Shown: positions 1-8,584, counted from the first letter of the stretch. The stretch is DNA of 12,997 nucleotides from Azolla caroliniana (GCA_043228905.1 JBHGNT010001007.1:1-12997), one strand, 5' to 3'. Numbers and translations are program-made. The notes: generated from the sequence alone by a model not told the origin.

Positions 1-50
1 AATCGATCTACAGCTGAAGCCATGGCTTTTGCAAGCTCCGTTCCCCTCAT
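1..50 (-). CDS. Probable start of gag ORF of the tRNA-Trp-primed LTR retrotransposon (runs off the window edge)
   Basis: Minus strand ATG at 50-48 and in-frame ATG at 23-21 give MRGTELAKAMASAVDR..., starting about 24 nt downstream of the PBS. Called from position only; too short for motif support. Confidence 0.4.
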   Translation of the reverse strand, partial: MRGTELAKAMASAVDR

Positions 51-73
51 CTTTTCTATTCCTCTGCCGCCTC

Positions 74-91
74 TTCACATCGGGTTCACCA
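74..91 (-). promoter_or_regulatory. Primer binding site complementary to the 3' end of tRNA-Trp
   Basis: Minus strand TGGTGAACCCGATGTGAA lies 4 nt after the LTR end. The plus strand TTCACATCGGGTTCACCA matches the plant cytosolic tRNA-Trp 3' end as I recall it (TTCACGTCGGGTTCACCA) at 17/18. Confidence 0.85.
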
Positions 92-95
92 AATA

Positions 96-773
96 TGTCA
101 CGTTGTTACGCGCGTGCATATATAACGACGCAGGATCATAGGGCTCTTGGACCAAGGAATAACCGAACAGGAGTAGGAGCAAGAAAGACAACGGTCGTGC
201 TTCCACACACACACACATGCAGATACACAGAAACCGCAACCGAATGAAACAACGGAAACGAGACGAATGCGTATATGTATGTATATATTCTGATGAAAAA
301 GGGTTACAACCGGCAGGCCGATGAGCAACAAATCTCCTACGCCTACGCACACGCACACAAAAGAGCAACATGGAGACTCTGCCGGAAGCACTCGGGCGTT
401 CCACGGAGAAGAGTCAGCCTCCCAAAAACCTGCACGGAGCAAATACAAAGAAAGACGGAGGAGAAGAGCTCGGTCCTAGTCTGAAAGCACTTCGTCCTTG
501 ACAAAAAGCGATCTCTTTTACGATTCCTCTCCCTCTCTTTTATAGCCCAAGGAGGGAGGCCATTACAACTTGTTTCATCCGCTTTATTCTCTGTCCTTTC
601 GGACAGAGATATGCCTCGATTTCCTACCTATCAAATCCGTGCGACCTAGGATATTCACATCAGCCGACTTGTACCTAAATATGTACATTACAACAAAACT
701 TGTGCTCGCGTGTAAGGGTTGGTTCACACACATGATTCTCTGATTCCGCCTAGGGACGGTTTTCTCCATGACA
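96..773 (-). mobile_element. 5' LTR (678 bp) of an LTR retrotransposon, probably a non-chromovirus Ty3/gypsy, inserted in a copia element
   Basis: Minus strand begins TGTCATGG (773) and ends ACGTGACA (96), giving TGTCA/TGACA termini. TATAAAA on minus at 544-538. Immediately followed by a tRNA PBS. The copia-like sequence stops at 774. Confidence 0.85.
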
Positions 774-1251
774 ACGCGTTGTCGATTGGATCTTAGTATT
801 CAGACAGCTTGGCCTTCCCTTTGTCGAGGTTCGAACTCGGTCGAAATGTGCTTTGGTCACTCAGGGGCTCATGTGGTCCACTAAGCCGTGTCGTAATCAG
901 GCTTTCTTCGAACATGCGCGTGAGCCGATCTTCGTCTTCTATCTCCATTTCGGCGGATTCCAGGTCGAGCGGAGTCAGAGTCAAAGTTGGTTCTGGTGCG
1001 TACCAAGATGCGGACTCGTCGAAGACGACATCTCGAATTACGCGAGCTTTTCGAGTAGATGGGTTGTAGCATTTGTACCCCTTCCGTTCGAGTGAGTATC
1101 CTACGAGGATACATTTCTCCGACTTCGGGTCGAGCTTTTGTCGGGTATCGTCGGGAATATGTACGTAAGCGGTTGCGCCAAAAATGTGGACATGTGATAA
1201 GTCCAGCTTCTTTCCAATGAACTTCTCATGAGGAGTTATGTCGTGTACTCC
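774..1251 (-). pseudogene. pol: Ty1/copia pol fragment: integrase C-terminal (SH3-like) region and integrase-RT linker
   Basis: Open frame 1251-793 reads GVHDITPHEKFIGKKLDLSHVHIFGATAYVHIPDDTRQKLDPKSEKCILVGYSLERKGYKCYNPSTRKARVIRDVVFDESASWY..., with the copia TPxE / FG..AYVH / KLD / GY...KGYK / RDVVFDE signature. The ORF track shows only its tail (793..984). Truncated at both ends. Confidence 0.92.
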
Positions 1252-1374
1252 CTCTATTATAATTAGCTTAATACCTTAATGGTAAGTCGTTTACACTATT
1301 AGCACTATATCTTGAGTTCGAAACCTAGTTTTCTCACTTCCCTATTACTCCATAAATATCTCTTACTTCATTAG

Positions 1375-1742
1375 ATGCAGACGACATTGCTCGCGGAGTT
1401 TGAACATGACCTACAAAAGCACCTTAATGCCTTAGATGACTTTTGTACACAACGAGGATTGGTAGTGAATCTAGAAAAAACTAAAGTCCTTATCTTTCAC
1501 ACATCTACTCGAGTTAGGACTAAATGCACACCTAATCCTCTCTCATAGACTAGTTGAGGTAGTTGGATCATATGTATATCTTGGAGTCACTTTCAGTGCT
1601 CACTCAAGTAAATTTTCGATAATACAGGCAGTAAAAAATGGGTTAACAAGAGTATATGCATCCCTCTGAATCTTAGAGAGACAATGCCACTAGGCATACT
1701 TTCAAGAGCCACGGACTAAGGGATGACTCTTCATCTCATTAG
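1375..1742 (+). pseudogene. LINE A, left part: 5'-truncated RT C-terminus of an RTE/RTEX-like non-LTR retrotransposon
   Basis: ADDIA...EHDLQKHLNALDDFCTQRGLVVNLEKTKVLIF...EVVGSYVYLGVTF...LFIS, with stops and frameshifts. Interrupted at ATTAG by the gypsy element. Confidence 0.88.
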
Positions 1743-2181
1743 TGTCATGATATGGCAAGACTCAAACCCATGACCTTAGGTTATATGGGTCAAGCTCTTG
1801 ATCATTAGATCCTCTATTGTAATACGTAGGATATTATTTTCATTTACATTTTATTATAGGAAATTAGTGTATATTCCAGATTTCTCTGGAACATTCTAGA
1901 AGCTTCAGGATTACTCCTGAAAACACTATAAAAGAGGGCACTAGGCATTATATTGAACCAAATTGGTTCAACACCAGTCTTAAGCCTTTTTAGCCACCAT
2001 TGTATATTCTCTTCATATAATACATATCTTTCTTATCATCACTCTCTCTCGATCTCTCGATCTCTCTCTTTCTCTCCGTCTCGCTCACTTCTTCCTTCTC
2101 TCGAAGAAGTTCCACACCTCTCATAGTACTAATCCTTCGTTTAGTACTAATTCCTTCTCTATCTTAGTACTGTTCCTAACA
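1743..2181 (+). repeat. 5' LTR of chromovirus (439 bp)
   Basis: TGTCA...TAACA. Direct repeat of 5751-6189 with 6 substitutions and one shifted TC unit by manual comparison. Confidence 0.97.
1874..1933 (+). promoter_or_regulatory. Heat-shock element array plus TATA box in the 5' LTR
   Basis: TTC ca GAT tt CTC tg GAA ca TTC ta GAA gc TTC ag GAT ta CTC ct GAA (1874-1921): ten alternating nTTCn/nGAAn-like units at 5-bp period, six perfect and four consecutive perfect (1889-1906). TATAAAA at 1927-1933. Confidence 0.8.
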
Positions 2182-2200
2182 GTTTGAACCAATTTGGTCC
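2182..2200 (+). promoter_or_regulatory. Self-priming type PBS (non-tRNA)
   Basis: No TGG-type tRNA complement follows the LTR. 2184-2198 TTGAACCAATTTGGT is the exact reverse complement of 1957-1971 ACCAAATTGGTTCAA, which begins 30 nt after the start of the TATA box. Confidence 0.82.
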
Positions 2201-2256
2201 TACCTTCTGTCTCTCTCATTTCCTACTAATCTTTTATTCCTCTTTTCTTTCATCCC

Positions 2257-3408
2257 ATGGCCACTGTTAGCGCTGAAGAATATCAATCTGTTTTCTCGGA
2301 ATTTCAATGCTTGAAGGAGAAGTTCCATGCTTTGGAACAAGAAAACCAACGGTTGCTGGGGGATCTTCAGCAAATCTCCTTAGAAAAGCAGCAAACGCAA
2401 CAACAGCATGGGGAACTTGCGTTACGCGTGCAACAACTCGAAGCAACCATCGTAGCGATGCAACAACAAGGGCCCGGAACACAAGGGATTCATAAAGAAC
2501 CCAAGATTGGTCTTCCCACGAAGTTCGATGGAACGCGATCGTAGTTTAGAGGGTTCCTTAACCAAGTACGATTAGTTATTCAAATGCATCCTTCCCGATA
2601 TCCCACCGATGCATCACGAGTGGGTTTAGTAGGCACTTTGTTAAGTGGCTCAGCGTTGTCATGGTTCGCTCCACTATTAGAAAAGGAATCTCCGTTACTC
2701 AACAATTTTGAAGAGTTTCTAGGTGAGTTTAAAGCATGTTTCGGAGATACTGACAGCATCAGGACCGCAATCAACAAAATCCGGCGATTACGCCAAGGTG
2801 ACCGTCCAGCCTCCGCATACGCTGCAGATTTTCGCCTACTCACCGCCGATATCCCTTGGGATGATCAAGCGTTGATGGAGCAATTCCGTTATGGTTTACG
2901 CAATGACGTCAAGGATTTACTCTTGACCTTCCCCGAAGAGCCAAAGTCCTTAACAGAAGCAATCAGTCGCGCGGTGAGATGTGACAACCACCTCTTTGAG
3001 CGACGTTCGGAACGACAACTACAGATGTTGAGGGCAAGATCAGAGCCCACCTACGCCTCAGTGGTAGCAAGACCTTTTCCGAGGGAGTCATATAATGCGC
3101 CTCCAGCGAATACTCCGACTCCGATGGAGATTGACACTACACGTCGTCGAGGGCCATTATCTGAAGAAGAAAAGCAGCGACGCCATACAAATCGACTATG
3201 TCTTTACTGCGGTGGACCAGGACATATCGCAATAAATTGCCCCCATAGGCCAAGAAGACAGGTAAACCAAATAGTCGCTAGTTCTAATTGTACTAAACCC
3301 GAGCCTATTTCAGTAGGGATATCTGATAGTCCTAATAGTACTAATATCCCAGATCTAGCAAACAAATTTGATGTCCTTAGTCAGTTAGAAGAAGAGTTAA
3401 ACGACTAA
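2257..3408 (+). pseudogene. gag: Gag (Q-rich coiled coil, Ty3/PEG10-like capsid, CCHC zinc knuckle) with one premature stop
   Basis: ORFs 2257..2544 and 2584..3408 are in the same frame, separated by TAG at 2542-2544 (PTKFDGTRS*FRGFLNQ). Motifs LSGSALSW, LRQG...YAADF, F.YGL...VKD, PTPMEID and CLYCGGPGHIAINC (3199-3240). Confidence 0.95.
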
Positions 3409-3447
3409 GTACAGCCAAAATAGGAGCCGTTTGGTTGGACAACCCTA
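3396..3447 (+). other. Putative -1 ribosomal frameshift signal (slippery heptamer plus stem-loop or pseudoknot)
   Basis: G TTA AAC at 3396-3402 is in gag phase, followed by a 6-nt spacer and stem (GT-A-)CAGCCAAA 3409-3419 / TTTGGTTG(-G-AC) 3430-3440. Loop TAGG 3421-3424 can pair with CCTA 3444-3447. The -1 frame is open into the protease. Confidence 0.7.
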
Positions 3448-5527
3448 GATCTGTGCAGCCCATTAGTGGTTCCATTCCCTCTAAGCAAGTTAGTGATGTG
3501 TTCGTAGCCCAAGTAATAGTTAGTACTAAAAGTACCCCTCCAGTACATGTCCTAGCACTCCTAGATTCCGGAGCTAACTCTTGCTTTATGGATAAGAAAT
3601 TTGCTCAAGCTCATAAGATATCCCTAAGAAAACTCCAGTGTCCAGCCTCTGTAGTAGTCATTAATGGACGTCCCATTGCCTCTGGAAATATCATAGAAGA
3701 GTCAGAGCCCATTAATATTGTCCTAGATAACTTAGCATGTGTAGTATCATTTAATATTATTAGTATCCCAGAACATCCTATAGTTTTAGGATTACCGTGG
3801 TTCGAGTGACATAACCCAGACATAGATTGGAGAACAAGAGAAATCCAGTGTCGACAAACCCAAGGGTCAACTCAGAAGATGGCAACCATTTCGCTACGTC
3901 AGTTGCGTAAAGAAGGGCGCAAGGAGGAAATGTTCCTCTTTGCAATATCAGTAAACCCCTCCAGCACCACTAAAGAAGAATCCACCATTCAACTTCCCGA
4001 GAAGTATCGTCATTACGCCGATGTGTTCGATAAAGTACAAGCCAACACACTTCCTCACGCGTTTCGACTTCAAAATTACATATCGTCCGGGGAGGCACAA
4101 GGGGAAGGCAGATGCATTATCACGGCGTTCGTATCTAGCACCCCGTCCCGGCGAGCCAGCTTTCGATAACCAAAAACAAGTCATCTTGGACCGGCACGAC
4201 TACAAGCAACACAGATCTTTGACATGCCTATGGATTCCCGCATTATCGATACCATCCGTGAAGACTTGAAGACAGATGCGTTCACCCAAGCTATACTAGC
4301 ACAAATTGATCCCTCTCGAGCGTCGTGTTCACAGTCGCAACCACCAGGTACGGACTATCGGCAATTCAAATACCATGATGGATTACTCTTCTTTAAGAAC
4401 TTTTGTATGTTCCTAATGGTTCTTGCCGCCTTTGAGTAGTACAAAACTGTCATGACACATATACAGTTGGGCATTTTGGTAGTACTAAAACATTACATTT
4501 AGTACAACGAACATTCTGGTGGCCCTGTATGCGACAATTTGTCAAGGATTTTGTTCGGACTTGTGATACATGTTGCAGAGCAAAAATGCCAAGGCATCAT
4601 CCATATAGTTTATTAGAACCATTACCAATTCCAATCAACCCGTGGCAATCCATTGCTCTAAACTTCATCACAGATCTTCCAGTCTCTAAGGGGTTCAATG
4701 CGATTCTAACGGTGGTCGATCGATATACGAAGATGACTCATTTCTTGCCATGTACTAAGGAGATCTCCAGTGAAGACACTGCCGAAATTGTCATGTGTGA
4801 AGTATGTCGGCATCATGGACTTCCCGATAGTATCATCAGCGACCGTGGACCCCAGTTCGTGTCAAAATTCTGGAAGCGCCTTTTTAACATGCTCAAGGTC
4901 ACTTGTAACCTCTCCTCTGGCTACCACCCACAAACAGACGGCCAAGCTGAACGAACAAATCAAACGTTGGAGCAGTATCTGCGGTGCTTTCTCAGCTATC
5001 ATCAAGATGACTGGGCAGATATTCTCCACTTAGCCGAATTTGCCTATAACAACTCTATCCACGCATCCACTAAAGTTACGCCATTTTATGCTTATACGGG
5101 ATGTCACCCCCGGTGGAGTGTACTTGAAACCCCAGAGGTGTCCCCAAATCCGTGCGCGGAGGATCGTTTGGAGCAGTTACACAAGATACAAGCAGATTTA
5201 TCTACTCATCTCCAACAAGCTCAACAAAAACACAAGGTCTACACGGATCTTCATCGACTTCCCTCCAGTTTTAATATTGGAGATCGGGTGTGGCTGCTAC
5301 GACGACACATCAAGACTACTCGTCCATGTGAGAAGTTAGATTATCGGCGATTAGGTCCTTTCCGTATTATTGGACAGATTAATGATGTCGCTTTTCGTCT
5401 CGATCTACCTCCTCAACTTCGGATACATCCGGTGTTTCATAGTTCTCTCCTCGAACCCTAGCACGAGAGCACCATCCCAGGACGTCTTATCCAACCTCCA
5501 CCCCCGATCGAGCTTGAAGATGGGCCG

Positions 5528-5680
5528 GAGTACAAGGTTGCCGCCATCCTTGATTCCAAGATTGTTCGCAACAAGCTCTACTATCTAGTCGATTGGCTAG
5601 GCTATAGCCCCAGCGAACGTACTTGGGAACCGATCGAGAATGTGACCAATGCTCGTGCTCTTCTTGAAGACTTCCATCGT
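5528..5680 (+). other. Canonical (group I) chromodomain at the integrase C-terminus
   Basis: In the integrase frame after TAG 5459-5461: EYKVAAILDSKIVRNKLYYLVDWLGYSPSERTWEPIENVTNARALLEDFHR. Aromatic cage residues are retained. Confidence 0.93.
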
Positions 5681-5737
5681 CAATATCCAGACAAACCAGG
5701 TCCTCAATCCAAGACGACTCATGACACTCGTCGTTTT

Positions 5738-5750
5738 AAAGGGGGGATAG
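5738..5750 (+). promoter_or_regulatory. Polypurine tract
   Basis: AAAGGGGGGATAG directly abuts the 3' LTR start TGTCA. Confidence 0.92.
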
Positions 5751-6189
5751 TGTCATGATATGGCAAGACTCGAACCCATGACCTTAGGTTATATGGGTCA
5801 AGCTCTTGACCATTAGATCATCTATTGTAATACGTAGGATATTATTTTCATTTACATTTTATTATAGGAAATTAGTGTATATTCCAGATTTCTCTGGAAC
5901 ATTCTAGAAGCTTCAGGATTACTCCTGAAAACACTATAAAAGAGGGCACTAGGCATTATATTGAACCAAATTGGTTCAACGCCAGTCTTAAGCCTTTTTA
6001 GCCACCATTGTATATTCTCTTCATATAATACATATCTTTCTTATCATCACTCTCTCGATCTCTCTCGATCTCTCTCTTTCTCTCCGTCTCGCTCACTTCT
6101 TCCTTCTCTCGAAGAAGTTCCACACCTCTCATAGTACTAATCCTTCGTTTAGTACTAATTCCTTCTCTGTCTTAGTACTGTTCCTGACA
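5751..6189 (+). repeat. 3' LTR of chromovirus (439 bp)
   Basis: TGTCA...TGACA followed by the TSD ATTAG. Its HSE array (5882-5929) is identical to that of the 5' LTR. Confidence 0.97.
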
Positions 6190-7569
6190 ATTAGTAACCC
6201 CTTCCCTCATGTATGCATCAGTAGTTTGGGCTCCAAATCTACCATCTCTCAAGTGCACGCAATTAGAGAAACCATTGGTGACAATGTTATCACGTCAACT
6301 CCAAGCAAATCGACAATACCACATGACATTATTAGAGCAGAGTTCACTTTGCCCTCGATGTCAGTAGAAGCACTTTTCCAACTTGTAGTTTTTATTCAAA
6401 GGATACATAGCCAACCACAAGATAGGATATCTCGTCAAGCTTTTGAGGCATCTCGATCCCTCCATGAGTCCGGAGATACTAGCTCTTGGTATAGCATTGT
6501 AGTGAGTTGGCTGCTTGCAAACGGCCTAGACATTAATAACCTACCTCCCCTTAAGTACAACCGCGTGACTGATAAAACTTTAATCTCTCATGAGGACCAT
6601 AATAAAGTAATATGCCAAGAAATATGGCAAATTTACACTCGATATAAATGGATCACCCCACAAGACCCACTCCCATCTAAAATGTTGTACTATAAGGCAC
6701 ACTTCATGCACTTCTCTAAGTTAGGTTTTATTACATGACCAAAATACCTAGATACATTCTTATCAAATGCACTAAGGGTTGCCATTGGACAACTTAGGAT
6801 AATATCATCTCACCAACTTGAGATTGAGAATGGCCGTACGAATAGAGTCCTTAGAGAGGAAAGGATATGTAGATTATGCCACAAGAGATAGAGGATGAGT
6901 ATCACTTTACATGCAAGTGCCCAACTTACGCCGAGATAAGGGAGAAATACCAAGACATACTAGGACCCTCTCCCACCCTCTCCAAACTATTAGATATCCC
7001 GGATATAAAGAGACTAGGTAGGTATATCTTAGAGCTAAAACAATATAGAGAGAATAAGCCACAAAATGTTAACCATAACCATTCTAATATTCACCAAAAT
7101 GTAACTAATGAAACTTTTTAGGAACAACGGGAGACGATGAATGTGGGCACACCTACACCACTCGACCTCTCCCTTGCTGAAGCAGAAAAGCAAAGAACAC
7201 TCTTGGATGTCGAGCTTCAAAGCAACTCGAGCTACACCACCTAGAAGCTATGGTTGGGGTACCTTTTATATTGGGAGCACGGGCCACATCCACATTTAAA
7301 CCCTTTGACCTCCCGCTTCTTTTCGATAGACTTGGATGGAAATGAAACTAGGCCTAGTATAAAGCCATTTCCTTTATAGAATGTGTTACACCATAACATG
7401 TTTTTGTATCATACTAGAACTCTTTAGCTTAAGTTCTATTTTATTCTTACTTTCGATGAATGGGTAAATACTCCATTTTTGTTGTAAAGCAATTGTCTCA
7501 TGGGCCAATTTTGGTCTTAGAACACGTTAATATATCTTTCTTTCTTTCTTTCTCTTTCTCTCTCTCTTT
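6190..7569 (+). pseudogene. LINE A, right part: ORF2 C-terminus with zinc finger, 3' UTR and (TTTC/TC)n tail
   Basis: Removing the gypsy and one TSD restores LFISLVTPSLMYASVVWAP. Downstream: SHQLEIENGR...EERICRLC...EIEDEYHFTCKCPTY..IREKY. Simple-repeat tail at about 7535-7569. The clade (RTEX-like) is inferred from the finger motif and tail type. Confidence 0.88.
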
Positions 7570-7570
7570 G

Positions 7571-8582
7571 TAAACCTCTTTCTCATGGTCCAATTAAACC
7601 ATATCCCCAAATGCCTAAGGTAGTCAAACATGAGTTGATATAATGACACGAGTACATATCATTATCAATAAAAACTCACTTAAAAGGTGACGAAATATCT
7701 CCTATTATTGATGTCCAAATTTGTGATATAACCACCCAAATGGCTTTAGCAACTGAACATGTAATGAACCTATGTCAGGCATCGTCGTCAACCACCGTAC
7801 AAAAACAACATGTCCCATTTGAAAAATGTATTCGTTTAAAGTCATCGCCAAAAGCAACCCACCAACCATTGCACGTCAAAGAAACACCTTTGCACGAAAT
7901 GGAAGGTGAGACTACCATCCTACATCTAAAACTCTACACCACCACTTCACATGTCGAATAATGTAGTATATATCTAAAACCTTATTTGTAAACCAACTTA
8001 TGGTATACATCATTAGTGTGCACCACATATATCGATTTTGCAATACCAAATGACCAATCTTTCTATGGTTCCTCAGCCACCAACTTTGGAATCGGGAAAA
8101 CTAACTAGGCAATGCCAATATTGATTGCCAAATATACCCATATCCACGTGGTATATGAAACTTATTTCTGATTGTCGGAAAGACCATCATTTTCGTACGT
8201 GAATCTAAGAAAACATCTTCCCCAATTACCAAGCCCAACCTTGTCATTCAATTGAACTGTGAATTTAGACTTTCTTTTCTATCCCAATGTAATATCCTTG
8301 AAGCTGCCAACACCTCTATTGCCAAAGAATTACTATCTTTTTTGCAATCAAGGGGTCTCCAATTAAACGAGGGGTCTACAATAAAGAAAGTGCTAATTGT
8401 TGAACCATAATAGATTCTGAACATTCAAATGAACGAGTACTATTAACAATATGCCACCACGAGGATGTAATTCTTGTTTTCCCATGGTCCCTATCCACAT
8501 AGCTTTTAAAATATTGAATCTTCGAGCCACAATATGATCTTCTAAATTTAGTAATGTAGGTCCCCCTAATCGTTTTGGGGTA

Positions 8583-8583
<1 letters not shown>
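7571..8583 (-). pseudogene. Degraded L1/Tx1-clade LINE ORF2 C-terminal fragment
   Basis: Minus strand: CTPKRLGGPTLLNL (C.PK..GGL motif) near 8583; W*SHLPFRAKVFL*RAMVGGL; zf-RVT-type CCFCTVVDDDA*HRFITCSVAKAIW (Cx2Cx8Hx4C, about 7735-7815); GIWFNWTMR. Many stops and frameshifts. Confidence 0.8.

Positions 8584-8584
<1 letters not shown>

Larger units (their letters stand above)
3396..5758 (+). pseudogene. pol: Pol remnant: aspartic protease, RNase H C-terminus, integrase, chromodomain; RT absent
   Basis: LLDSGANSCF (DSG 3564-3572); IVLGLPW..*HNPDIDW; YRPG...KADALSR; HHCC finger CHD...GHFG...FWWP...CDTC; ISDRGPQF; HPQTDGQAERTN; GPF motif; HPVFHSSLLEP. Stops at 3807 and 5459, plus frameshifts around 4190-4430. 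The last frame runs through the PPT to TGA at 5756-5758 inside the 3' LTR. Confidence 0.95.
1743..6189 (+). mobile_element. Ty3/gypsy chromovirus (Tcn1/Tf1-sushi-like), both LTRs present, internally deleted and non-autonomous
   Basis: Two 439-bp LTRs, 5-bp TSD ATTAG (1738-1742 and 6190-6194), PPT, and domain order gag-PR-(RT deleted)-RNase H tail-INT-chromodomain. Confidence 0.97.

Noticed and set aside
29-769. Several short ORFs on both strands
   Set aside because: They lie in the LTR/PBS region, cross CA/TA simple repeats and have no recognisable motifs.
1246-1256. TACTCCCTC resembling a Stowaway terminus
   Set aside because: No matching GAGGGAGTA end was found, and the bases largely encode the copia G-V codons on minus.
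2257-3809. Domesticated PEG10/RTL1-like host gene
   Set aside because: Flanked by LTRs and a TSD and carries premature stops, so it is an ordinary retrotransposon gag-pro.
5755-5827. Functional tRNA gene
   Set aside because: Acceptor and anticodon stems do not form. Kept only as a tRNA-like promoter finding.
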